From Epithemia pelagica (lineage: Eukaryota; Protista; Bacillariophyta): a stretch of DNA of 64,000 bases. Shown here piece after piece: positions 52,881 to 64,000 of the stretch. Position 1 is the stretch's first letter, and each line of letters begins with the position of its first letter. The notes beneath the pieces were generated by a model, which was given only the letters and a program-made list of their open reading frames with translations, was not told the origin of the DNA and searched no databases. The stretch spans positions 2,914,001-2,978,000 of the forward strand of contig OX337229.1 in assembly GCA_946965045.2 (NCBI GenBank). Reading direction: 5' to 3'. The position numbers and the translations under genes were made by a program.

Positions 52881-55293
52881 ATGTCAAACAAGGTACGAAA
52901 AGGGTCCTTCGTCTCCGTTGCACGCAGCGACCAGGGATCAATGGGTGGTTTTGGCTTCGTCCGAAAACTCAAACGAAAAAGAAAGGACGACAGTGACGAC
53001 GAAGCTGTTACTGTTGTTGACTCGCAGTCAACAGCACCCGACCAAACCACATTGGTTGACGTCGAGTATACTATCGACAATCGATGCTCCCAGGATGTTT
53101 CATCCGATCGTGTCTCTCACGCAATGATCGAGCCAACGGCTCGTCGCCGCCCTGGCGACCAAACGACCCGCCCCTCGCTTTGTTCAACTCGTCATGATCC
53201 CCGACTGCAAGCCAGTTTGATTGCTGCGACGACAGCGACGGCAGATGAACCCACGCCTGATGATCCTCCAGGACCCCCAACCAATTCAACCACCTTCTTG
53301 CTTGATCTTTGCACCAAGAACAATCACGACAAGGCCTTCGAGATCCTTGAAGATAAGTGCAACAAGGAATGTGGATACGGTTGGTTGAGAAAGATTGAGC
53401 ATACAACGAACAGATCTGGTGCATTTGACTCAAAATACGACCCAAACAAATCATCCGATGAAAGGCAGCCGCTGCACTCTGCCTCCGAAAAGCAACTTGC
53501 TTGCATGCTCAACCTTGCAATGAAGCCTCATTGCTACAATGTGCGCTTTATTTCATACGCATGGGGGATCAGCCGTAAAGCTCTATACAAATGGATAGAC
53601 GACTTTTCCAAAAATCCCTTGCCGCAACCCCGAAAGACTCGAAGTGACAAGGGCTTAACGCTGTTGACCTCAGAGAAGAAACGACGATCCACGTGGACCC
53701 CTAGATTTATCTTTATGAAAGACTATCAAGTGAAAAATCCTGACTCAAATATGACTCAAGCTAGGGATGCGTGGAAAACTATCAAAGATGATGAAGATGC
53801 TATATCTCCCTATAAGGCCTTGAGTGATCAATGGCATCGTGATCAAGGAGCTTTTCTTCTATCGGAGATTCAACGACTTCTCAAGGATACTGGCGGCTCT
53901 GTCTCCTGGAATACGATAGCAACCTTGGTTGCAGGCTCTGGTAACGCACAACTTATCAGTGGTGAAACAATCCGAAAATTCTGCATGTCATTGCCAGACT
54001 CGTCATATAAAAGCACACGGATCCTACCCCACCTAGATCAAGCAAATAAAGAGAGACGATACTGGTGGGCAATTCAGTTTTGGATCTTCTGGAAGTCAGC
54101 GAAGACCTTTAACAATGTCCAAGTTGTTCTTGTTCATATGGACGAGAAATGGTTTTGGTCAATCGTGGTGCGGCGAAACAATAAGTCTATTCCGATGTTG
54201 GGAATAAAGCCAGTTGTGCATTCAGTCCATCACAAGAATCACATCGAAAAGACAATGGGGATTGTTGCCGTCGCATATGCCCCAAAGCAGAACGACTGGA
54301 AGCAAGGTGGAACACCATTCACGGTTAGCCTGGTACGAGCAGGCCGTAAGGTCAAAGCGTCGCGCGATACCTACCGGCGTGTCTACAAAGATGACGGGTC
54401 GTATCACTATCCAACAATCCAAGAAAACTTACTTCGTAAGAAGGGTGAACTCTACTTCAAGGGCATGGAAGTTACGGGTAGTTCTAGAGGAACACGGAAA
54501 GAACCCAAGTTCTTCTCTACTACATGATTTTTATGAGTCGGTTCATCTACCGAACCTAGACATGTTAGCAGAAGAAGTGACTTCAATGGTCGGATCGCAT
54601 TGCCGAGTGGTGATTGTCAAGCAATTTGATGGAGCGGGTCCTCATAAAGAAGACAAGCTCACCAGGTACATCGAAGGCCAATTTGCGGCACGTCAATGGT
54701 ATCGAGCTCCACAGCCTGCCAACTCGCCCCTTACCAATGTCCTAGATGATTGTGTCTTCCCGGCACTTTCGAAGCATGTGTCTCGGGAACAGGGAATATC
54801 AAACAAGTGTCAAGCGTATTCTAACGATGAAATATGGGAGTCGGTCCAAAAGTGCTATGAATCCTTTCCCATGGATGTTCTCGCAAGAGCATTTGTGCGA
54901 CATCACCAGATCGTAAACGCAATTGCAATCGAAAAGGGTGGGGACAAGTTTGCTCAAGACCATGATCTACATTTCAATGTTCGGAATTGTTGTTCACCTA
55001 CTTTCAGCGAAGATGGAGTTGCAACTGGAGTTGAGATGGTCCCAATTTTTGATGAACATAATGAACGCGATGACAGACCAAGTTTTCGCCATCCAGATCC
55101 GATGATTACGCAAGATCTCTTGGAAGAAAATCTTTTGCGAATGAAGACCATTCAGCTTGAAAGGCTGATCGACTGGATGCCTGAAGATCATGAATGGTTT
55201 GAAGATGTCGCTGGTGCCCATGCCATCCTGAGAGCGAGAGAGGACGGAGACTTCGAGTCAGACGGAGAAGTAGAAACAGAGGATGAACTATAG
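52881..55293 (+). pseudogene. Mariner-like (DD38D) transposase, about 803 aa when corrected, split by one extra T near 54513
   Basis: HMDEKWF (D at 54141), KQFDGAGPH (D at 54628), QPANSPLTNVLD (D at 54745; 38 residues between the last two Asp). Removing one T from AAG TTC T TCT CTA CTA joins the two track ORFs as EPKFSLLHDF; 2412 nt. Confidence 0.9.
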
Positions 55294-56120
55294 TTTGATT
55301 GTTGCATGTTGTCTGTTGTCATCATTGTCTTGTTGTATCTAGTTTTTGATTGTTGTGGTCGTCGTGGATTGTTTCGTTTGCTTGATTACTGCGACTGTTG
55401 TTGTTGTCGAGCCAAGGATTTGATTGTAGTAGTTGCTTGTTGTGTTCATCGTGTCTCTTCTATTTGATTGTTGCCCTAATCAATGCGAGTTTTCGATTCG
55501 CTGAGGGCGTGAGAAAGAAGGAGTTGATTGTCGCGTGTTGTTTTCGATGTTGCCGTCGGCGCGTGTTGTCGTTGTTGTCGTCGCCTAGAGTTTCGTGCGG
55601 CGGCAGTGAGAAGTTGATTGTTGTGTTTAGGTTGTTGTTGTTGTTGCTGTCGCCGAGTGTTGTTGTTGTCGTCCGTTCGTTCATTCGTTAGTTCGTTCGA
55701 TCAGTGGCGGTGAGTAGTTGATTGTTGTGTTTGGATTTTTGTTGTGCCGAGTGTTGTTGTTGTCGTTCATTCGTTCTTTCGTTCGTTCATTCGATCGATC
55801 AGCTGTGACATCGTCGCCGATTGTTTCGCCATTTGTAGTTGAGCCGCTTGTGGTTGTCGTTGTCGTCGCTTGTTACCACCAGTGGACGAGGCTTCGATTT
55901 GTTGGGTGAGGGCAACGAAAAGACGAGGAGTTGATGGTTTCGTCGCACGGTAGAAGAAGGAGGACGACCACACCATCTTGTCGCCGAGTCTTGCCGCCGA
56001 GTGTCGTTGTCGAGTGTTGTTGCCGAGTGTTGTTGTTGTTCGTTCGGTGGCAGCGAGGAGTGAGTAGTTGATTGTTGTGTTTGGGTTTTGGGTTGTTGTT
56101 GGTGTTGCCGAGTGTTGTCG
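55294..56120. repeat. GTT/GTC-rich low-complexity region with imperfect internal repeats, inside the transposon
   Basis: GTGAG(T/A)AGTTGATTGTTGTGTTT near 55607, 55710 and 56060; GCCGAGTGTTGT near 55652, 55746, 56023 and 56107. Confidence 0.8.
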
Positions 56121-57121
56121 ACTCGCAAGGCTCTTCGACCACCGCCCATCAGCTTCACGGCATCCCCTCCTTCTTCCAGTCAAATTGTGCTGTGGGAATC
56201 AGCCGCACCACCGGCACCACCATCGTCTGTCGCAGTAGAAGCAGTCCTTCCACCCACGGTTCACGTTTGTTTTGTCTGGACAAATCAGCTTTTGTTGCGT
56301 TTGAGCCACCAACGGTCGAGGCTTTCCAATGTTGTGCTCGGTCTATTAAGTGACGAGGAGTTGATTGCTGCATGCGGACGTATGATCGGTGACTTGCTGG
56401 ATGCATTCTATCGGTTGTCGTCGTCGTCTTCTCAAGGTCACTTCCTCTATTTCGGATGCCAAATAAGGAAGACTTCAAAACCTTGCCGTAGGTCCATAAA
56501 AAAAGCCAACTCATCCCTGCCCGCCCATTCCCTCACGGTACACTTGATTCTTAGGCATCCTTGATGGTCGCAAGAGAGCTAGCGCCTTTCGTTGGAGGTG
56601 CACACCGGCTTGAGTGTGCCATGGTGGTGTTATGCAGTGCAAAATGACCGTAGTGGTGTCCCTACGAAGTTAGAATCACTGTAGAAAAAACAGTAGGGGT
56701 ATGAAAAGCACGGGCCACTACGGTTACCCATATCGATTGGTGGAGCTCGTAATATGGGCTTGGTTATACAAAGTTAATATGAGACAACTCATGGTGTCGC
56801 CAAAGACATTTACATGTTTATGTATCATGACAGTTGGATTTTCTCAATTAATTCCTCGAGAACTGGTCTGTACACCTCGCCGCCAGTCGACACCCCAAAA
56901 TGAATGTTGGCGAAAACGGCCACACAAATTTCGCCAAAGAAAAATACTGCGATCGTGCACAGCGATCCACAGCTTCATTGCGATCAAAGGATCCCTTTCA
57001 ACGTCGCTAAATCGGAATTCAAAGCCGGTGGGTCACATCTCATGCATGAAAGATAAGTGCTATCACATAATAGTTAGTGCTCCGCATTTTTCCGGTGGGA
57101 AAGAGGTCTTTGATCGGAGCG

Positions 57122-60100
57122 ATGGATCCCAACTCTGTCGAGAATGAGGTCTCGGACCTTTACCGTTCGAGTGGTGAACATCCCGATGGGAAAATTTTTT
57201 GGAGCATGGTTCATGAACATCACAAGAATGGAGGAAACGAGTCTCTGGCAAAATCCTTTCAGGCAGTTGCTCTGTCTAATCCGGAAATGTTCCAGAAGGT
57301 AGTTGACCATATCCTTGATGATTGTCACATGTCAAACGATGAAAAGGAAGATCTCAAACAACAGGAATACGTCTCTTCTTCTGCAAGGAGCCATCTTCCC
57401 GTGGCTTCTAAGGTATTGCTGATATCAGCGAGTGATTTATCAATGCAAGAAGAGTTTTTGAGATTCAATGCCAATTCAGCTCCTTCGGCCACAGATGAGA
57501 CGATGCTGAAGACGACAATTTCGAAGGAGTTTCTCGATACTCAAGGCAAAATGGAAATAGAGAAAGCGACTGAGACGCTCCGTTCTGTTCGCCGGACACT
57601 GTCTACAAACTCAAGCGTCGCTTCGAAGCTTTCTAAACGACTTGACCAAGCATTCGAAAGATCATCATCGTACTCAAGCAGTCCGAAGCCTACTGAACAG
57701 TCGGTTTCCCCTGAACCCAAACCCCAGACAATGGTTGATGGGAAGCTCTCACATTACCATATTGTTCAAGCATCCTCTAATGCAGAAACATCTATCGAGA
57801 TGTCAATCAAAGAGAAAAAAATATTCAGTTTTTCCGAGCAGCTGGACGAAGTCGTGGAGCGACTCCGGGCCATTTCGTCTTCTACGTCGAACCACGGATC
57901 CATGTCAACTACTTCAATATCAAAAGAAGATGGAGATACAGGAAGCAGACCTGGAATGACCTTGTCGGAATGCAGCCCATCAACTTGTGATGACGGTTCA
58001 GCTAATGATGCACCAAGAGAGAATATGTCCTTGTCACAAGGCTCAAGTCTCACGTCGTTGTCTGAAAAATCAGAAGAGAAAGGCAGATGCACCGTTCATC
58101 TTCCCAACCAAATCAGCAGACCAGAAGACTCTCCATCACAAATGGAAACGGCACCACTCGCCAGTGCTGCACCGTCTCCTAGTCAACGCCACAACAGGTT
58201 TTTCTTCGGACCTTTGTCATCCCCTAAAAGACTACCGCCTCGCTCGCCACGACCCCGGAAACCTACTCTCAAGAAAGAGACCAAGGAAGCAATCACGAAA
58301 TGGATCCAACGGTCGCCGAGAAATCAACCAAGTGAGTCTCACATGGTTCATTCCCCGCAACATGGTCTAGAGCAATCGATGCGTGTAGGTCTGGATGATA
58401 TTGTCCACGATGACAACCGCAGCAGCGAACGTGAAGGAGCTTCAAACGGTGATGGACCGTGCCAGGCAAGTACGCTCGTCGAAGAATGTTATGATGTTCC
58501 ACCGGGACCCCTTGATTTCCACCGAACCGATGGTGCGACAAAACAAGCCAGGAAATCTATTCTGAAGACAGAGACGAAGCACGTGAGACCCATAGCCAAA
58601 TGGATCCAACGATCACCGAGAAACGAACCAGTTGAGTCACCAAAATCTCATTCCACGAAACCAGGCCAAACTGGTTTGCAACTGAATGATGAAGTTGCCC
58701 AGGATGGCCACGGCTCATCGAGGGACGAGGCAAACCCTGATGACCAATGCATGACGCCCAAACATAAACATGCATCAAGCGAGTTCCATGCCGCTGCATC
58801 CCCAATCAGTGTACACGGACCAGGTGGTGCGACAACAACTGGTGGCGATGGCAACGGCTATACATGGCATTCATATTCTCCGTCAAACATGAATCGTTTG
58901 TCTACAGAAAACGTTGCCATGGCTGCTCCTCCCAATACTACACAAGGTATTAATAACCCAAACCATTTTGCATCTCATCCTTCGGTGGTCTCGTACGGTG
59001 ACGGTGCATCCAAGGCAGTTCGCAAAGACATTCTTTCTCCACCTTCCGGTCATTTGGGGCCCGTTCAACATAACAAAGATTCGAATGATAGGCATTCGGG
59101 AGCGCACGTTCTTGGTCAACGTCTAACAACTTCAGCACCCACGACACTGGTGTCACATGACAACTATGGATATATCGAAGAAAATATGCATCCCGGAACC
59201 ATTCTCTCGATTCATCCCATGAATCCGCGATCCCATCAGAAAGAAATTACATCTACACATATCTTTCATGGGCTTACCTCGCGCGAACGAACAGAAAATA
59301 TGAATGTCAACTCCCCGTCGGATGGGATATTCACTCGTAGTAAGATGAAAGTACGCAGTCCTTCGGTCAGGCCTAATGAAGAAGGTGATGAATCAAAAAG
59401 AGTATTACTATCTGAAACCACGCAACAAATGTTCACAAAGAGAACCAGGTCACCAATGAAGTTGTACCAAAAAATTGTTTCTCGTACCCGAAGTATCTCA
59501 CCAGCACTCGCTTCTCGGAAATCTGCTGAAGGGTACTTCAATTTTGAGGACATTGATAAAGACGAACAAATGGTGTCCAAAGATGAGCACCCTGGTGTCG
59601 CCCCAAACCAGGATTCGCCACCATCAGAAAGTCTCGTCAAAGAAGAAAGTCCTCCTCAGGACACAAGAGCATATGTCTCTGTCTTCAGGGCACAGGTCGT
59701 ACCAGGAGCACTGGCATCTCCCAGCAATCCCACGTTTGATCCATCCTCTTTCAGATCACAAGCCCAACATATGGGAATGTCGGGTGTTGGGGATTCGCAG
59801 CTGATTGACCAACAGGGATTTCCTCCAAATTATGAAACCAGCGGCTGGGGGGACTTCTTCTTCACTGACTTCCCATCTCCGAAGAAAGCGGGGAACCAAA
59901 CTGTGGGAACAAGTGGGCGTCCCAAGAGAGGTAAAAAACTCAGTGGTGCTGAAGGTGGGTCTAAGGTGGTGAACGAAGTTGATAGATCACCCGGAACACG
60001 AGAGACGAGGATATCTGCTATCAAGAAAACAGCAATTGCGTCCGCACCGTTTGGAGCCCCCGATGTAGACAAGACAAACAACATAGCTGGACAGGACGCG

Positions 60101-60475
60101 ACCAGTTTAACCCCTGCTTTGGGGGCACTGACAGAACTTCCCAGACCTGTGGCAGATCTTGCTGCGTGGATCTCTAGAGGATTTTCTTCCACAGATGATG
60201 GGACTGATACTGACTATTCATCAGATATACCTGGCTCTGATACTGATGATGATGACGATGACGGCCACGGACGTTCTGTGTCAACCCGATCAGGAAGCCT
60301 CACGTGGAACACAAACATCGAGTCAACGTACTCAACGTACACTGATGACTACACCAACCAAAACACAGACGACGGAAAAAGAGATGAAGGTTTCATGCAG
60401 TATGATGATCCTTGCTTCCCGGAGGACCACAAGCAGTTTGTCGCGTCTAAGAGCGAAGGTGGCAGTCTCATATGA
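57122..60475 (+). CDS. Large Ser/Pro-rich, largely disordered hypothetical protein
   Basis: 3.35-kb open ORF; helical-looking N-terminus, duplicated KWIQRSPRN, acidic C-terminus. First ATG at 57122. Confidence 0.85.
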   Translation: MDPNSVENEVSDLYRSSGEHPDGKIFWSMVHEHHKNGGNESLAKSFQAVALSNPEMFQKVVDHILDDCHMSNDEKEDLKQQEYVSSSARSHLPVASKVLLISASDLSMQEEFLRFNANSAPSATDETMLKTTISKEFLDTQGKMEIEKATETLRSVRRTLSTNSSVASKLSKRLDQAFERSSSYSSSPKPTEQSVSPEPKPQTMVDGKLSHYHIVQASSNAETSIEMSIKEKKIFSFSEQLDEVVERLRAISSSTSNHGSMSTTSISKEDGDTGSRPGMTLSECSPSTCDDGSANDAPRENMSLSQGSSLTSLSEKSEEKGRCTVHLPNQISRPEDSPSQMETAPLASAAPSPSQRHNRFFFGPLSSPKRLPPRSPRPRKPTLKKETKEAITKWIQRSPRNQPSESHMVHSPQHGLEQSMRVGLDDIVHDDNRSSEREGASNGDGPCQASTLVEECYDVPPGPLDFHRTDGATKQARKSILKTETKHVRPIAKWIQRSPRNEPVESPKSHSTKPGQTGLQLNDEVAQDGHGSSRDEANPDDQCMTPKHKHASSEFHAAASPISVHGPGGATTTGGDGNGYTWHSYSPSNMNRLSTENVAMAAPPNTTQGINNPNHFASHPSVVSYGDGASKAVRKDILSPPSGHLGPVQHNKDSNDRHSGAHVLGQRLTTSAPTTLVSHDNYGYIEENMHPGTILSIHPMNPRSHQKEITSTHIFHGLTSRERTENMNVNSPSDGIFTRSKMKVRSPSVRPNEEGDESKRVLLSETTQQMFTKRTRSPMKLYQKIVSRTRSISPALASRKSAEGYFNFEDIDKDEQMVSKDEHPGVAPNQDSPPSESLVKEESPPQDTRAYVSVFRAQVVPGALASPSNPTFDPSSFRSQAQHMGMSGVGDSQLIDQQGFPPNYETSGWGDFFFTDFPSPKKAGNQTVGTSGRPKRGKKLSGAEGGSKVVNEVDRSPGTRETRISAIKKTAIASAPFGAPDVDKTNNIAGQDATSLTPALGALTELPRPVADLAAWISRGFSSTDDGTDTDYSSDIPGSDTDDDDDDGHGRSVSTRSGSLTWNTNIESTYSTYTDDYTNQNTDDGKRDEGFMQYDDPCFPEDHKQFVASKSEGGSLI

Positions 60476-60614
60476 TTCCGGTTTTCTAGAGCTAGGGAAA
60501 AGAGATTCAATGGGACGAAAAGTATGGGGTCACGCAAAATTAAGAAGTCACAATTTTTTAGAAATATCTTGATTGTTCCAACACTAGATTTGACTAAATG
60601 TGAGGAAAAGAGTT

Positions 60615-63600
60615 CTATTCCCCAAGACACAGTACGTACACTCTTCCAAGTCTCTCCAGTTCCTCCAAGGCAGCCAAACCGTCCGGACCGTTGCCTTGAT
60701 AATCTTGACCCCGTCCTGCCTTAGTATTTGCCATGTTCAGGGTTGACTCCAGAAGGCTTTTTGTTTCATTTCCGAGAAACTTCTTCAAAGTATTGTTCAA
60801 GAATTCCAGCTCATTTGCGAGTTTGTCAGCTTGACGAACTTTCAGGTGGGTCTTTCGTTGTAATATTTCGTTGCAGATTCCTTCCACAACCCCTTGGGCA
60901 ACAGTTGACATACATGATCTTTGATATGGGACCCCGTCAGCCAGCCTGACTTTATCCCCGAGAGTTTGTTCAACCTGTGCACGACAACGCACGATAGCTA
61001 GAAGAGAAGCAGACAAGTATGCCGGGAAATTATTTGTCGAGGCACTTCCTTCTCGCGGATCGGCATGAACATCCATCCATCCAATTTTGACACTGGCAGC
61101 AACTCCCTGGTGAAGATTCTCCATATACTCCTCAAACATAGCATTTTCAAGCCCTACAACATCCTCCATCAGTGCTTCCTCCACAGCGTCTGCGTCTGAA
61201 GTGAGGGCACGAACTTCTTGAACTATATCTTTGATGCGAAAGGATATCACATCCGCACATTCGGAAACCGCGGCGAGTCGCGCGTCATCTCCCCGATCAC
61301 GAACATAGCTCGCCAATCCCTCGCAACATCGGCGCACAACCAGTTGGCATCCCTTTTCAACCTCGGATGAACACTCCTCCGGGCGAGACAGCTGCTGAGA
61401 CAAGGTTCGGAGACAGTTCAACAAAGATTCAGCATCGAACTTGCCGCTACCAGATGCCCTGCTTCCACTTGCTCGAGCACATACATCGAACGCATAGATA
61501 CATCGCCGCTTCTCTACCGTGATAACTGCTGATTCACCACGTGTCTTGCATTCATCAAACGGCGAGAGTTTCAGCATGGAGGTATCCAATTCCGAACGCA
61601 ATGCGTTGACCTCACCAGAATGCATTCCAACGATATCAACCAGATCGGCAAGTTCCTTCCCAACTTTTGAACTCTGAGCCGGGGGAAGAGGCGATTTCAA
61701 TAGACTGCGTAAGCTGTCATGGGAGTTCTGCCCGAATGTCATCACAATGTCCGTGGTGTTACCTCGAGTGTTTGACCCTAATGCGCAGAAAGAAGCGTGT
61801 TCCATAAGTTTCGCAAGTGCTGGGGCAACGTTCGTGATGAACACCTCGAAAGCTCGCAATAATACTTCGTTTGAATTTCCCGCAGCACGACGTCTCCCCA
61901 TTCGAGCGGCCTTGCGCTTTTCGTCTTCTCTTGCCGCTTGTCCAACACGGAGAAGGCGGGGCAACCACGATCTGGCAATTGCGACCGCATTCACCGTGGA
62001 TAGAACCCTTGCATCAAGGACATCGTACTTCCACTGATTGCTTGAAGACTTGTTCGTCTTAGTTTCGCCTGAGTCAGTTGAAGCGGCAATGCGAGGTTCT
62101 TCATCATCCACAGATAACTTGACTGAGGATTCACCCGAGAACAGCCTTTCTGTTGTTTCGTCGATGTCAGAAATCATTTTCCTAACGCTATGTGAAAAAT
62201 GTGCGGACTGTAACAGAAGACAAGCCATTGCCGGAGAGTGCTGACGAATGCTTATCACATCGTCACCGATTCTATAAAACCCGTTCTTTTCTGTCTTGTC
62301 GTCCTTGTTCAGAGATTCAGATGATGGCACATCTAGCTCCAGTAGTTCCCCGAGCTGCACCGAAAGATTGAAAAAGCGAAAAAAAATACCACGGTTAGTC
62401 GACAACCAGCAAGTATGGAATCTACGTCATAAAGACTGTTCCAGAAAGTGCCTTACATCCCGGATCCCATCCAATAGGCCGTCGACAGGAGCTTTATCAT
62501 CAGCAACGCGACTTTCGAGTTCTCTCTGGGCTTCTCTCACACATTCTTCAGCTTGCGCTTTCACTCTTCTCAAGAGAACAATCTTACATGTGTCATCAAC
62601 CACAAGAACACGTCGGTACGTCTTTAACGCTTCAGAGAACCTCCTATTCTCTAGGTGCTGCCTCATGATCACCGGGGCCTGAAGTACGGGCGCCACCCGT
62701 TGCAAAACAGAAATGGAAGATTGCACTTTTCTGACTTCGGTGGTGTTGTCCAGAAGAGGACGAAATGACTTTTTCGCCTGAAACGCACATGACTCGGATA
62801 TACCGTCAAGCTTGTCAATCCTTGCATTGAGACCTAGACCTACATCATTTTCCGAATTCGAACGGAACTCGTCAAAGCCCTCAGCGCACTTCACAAACAA
62901 TGGGAAATTCTCACGGACAAGATTCTCAAGTTCCAGAACTTGGTTTTCCGTCTTGCCTGTACAATAAAGAAGACAAGGTTGAGTTTCCACAAACCAGAAG
63001 CATGGGGGGGGGGGGGGGAATGAAATGAGGAGAAACTTGTACTTACTGGATAATCTGTCAAGAGAACCCACCAACTTGTCAAAGCTAGCATTTCGATGGA
63101 CCAGCGTCAAGAAGAGAATGGGATCGAACTTGGGTGATGTTGGAAGGACAGACTTTTTTAAATTGCTACTACTCTCCATTGCTTCCAGTCCACCCAAATC
63201 TTCAATCAAGGCTTCGATCGATTCCTTCTTCGCTGCAACATTTTGCACGGTATCTTCTTTTCCAGTCGTTTGAGCCTTTTTTAATTCCTCTTGAACTTCT
63301 ACCAGGGCTTTTTCAATTTGTTCCGCCTGCTTCTTTTCAATATCACGAAGATCAAATTCATCCTTCACGATGCCTAGCGGATCCTTCCCTAGAACTTTCT
63401 TCTTTTCTGATTCTCTTTCCTGCTCTTCCTTTTCAGCCTCTTTTGAGTCTCGGACAGTCACATGCTTACCCGCCCTCGCAGCAGAGGCAGCCCTTGCTTT
63501 TTGCTCTCTAGCTAGCTGACAGTCTTCCCATCTTACAGCAACGGCACCTGCTGAAACTGCTGACACGTCTCCAGCCTTCACGGCAGACTTTAATTCCTTT

Positions 63601-64000
63601 GCCATATCTTTTCGCCGCTTCCGCAAAGCTCCCACGACGTCGTCATCGTCTACATCACCAACATCTTCATCTTCTTCCTCGTCAAAGTCATCTGATTCAT
63701 CATCATCATCATCTACATCTTCTACAAGGTCATTCATTCCTTTCGATGTGTTGACTTTGGTTGCCACTGTGTCTTGGCGATTCTTGTTAGAGCGTTCCTT
63801 TGCTTTGGCCGCCGCGTTCTTCTTCAATATTTCACGGTCTGCGGCTGGAACATGACGCGAAACCCACTCTGTTTGTCATAAAAAGATTTCGTGTTGAGAG
63901 AAGCCATCATCCAAGTTAGTGAGAGGTTATTGTCTTACTTTCAAACTCTTGTTGAGCCTTCGTGCTCCGTGGAAGAAGCTCATCAAGCGTGATGGGCGAC
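60615..64000 (-). CDS. EXOC2: Exocyst complex component Sec5/EXOC2 (5' end beyond the window); introns 63938-63869, 63046-62957, 62456-62355
   Basis: PTSPKFDPILFLTLVHRNASF, LENLVRENFPLFVKCAEG, FRPLLDN...VLQR...F.EALKTYRR match Sec5. GT-AG introns keep the frame. Confidence 0.9.

Larger units (their letters stand above)
52454..56749 (+). mobile_element. Full-length Tc1/mariner-superfamily DNA transposon (4,296 bp)
   Basis: Perfect 44-bp TIRs CGAGCTCCACCAATCGATATGGGTAACCGTAGTGGCCCGTGCTT (52454-52497 and 56706-56749). TA on both flanks (52452-52453, 56750-56751). Internal DDD transposase. Confidence 0.96.

Noticed and set aside
63004-63018. G15 homopolymer
   Set aside because: Lies within the 90-nt Sec5 intron (63046-62957); it explains the spurious FHSPPPPH read-through and suggests nothing further.

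Overview
This is eukaryotic nuclear DNA, most consistent with a diatom. Support: short GT-AG introns, bipartite ER-signal/plastid presequences with aromatic +1 residues (leuB, ctpA, DUF1997), a signal-peptide-bearing E1 of the SELMA type, and type-II LRR proteins ending in CxCCxxC. The species cannot be determined from the sequence. The window is gene-dense. Housekeeping genes: V-ATPase A (partial), COG8, RluB-like pseudouridine synthase, SERINC, a GT4, symbiont-type UBA1, Enhancer of polycomb, leuB, ctpA, ARL6IP4-like and Sec5 (partial). Three DNA-transposon insertions have termini and target-site duplications readable by eye: (1) a 715-bp MITE with AAT TSD; (2) a 473-bp MITE with a 7-bp TSD inside the coding sequence of a voltage-gated proton channel (Hv1), exactly after S4, whose removal restores an in-frame 385-aa channel; (3) a 4,296-bp Tc1/mariner-type element with perfect 44-bp TIRs and a long transposase broken by one extra base. 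Also notable: a pair of small intron-containing genes sharing only a 21-aa C-terminal motif, an FSH1-RWD-Obg/Ygr210 GTPase fusion, a transposase-like HTH gene lacking its DDE core, and an inverted pair of unknown membrane-protein paralogues. No rRNA, tRNA or CRISPR array was recognised. Family assignments come from motif recognition only; no database searches were run. Splice sites are inferred from GT-AG context and reading frame.
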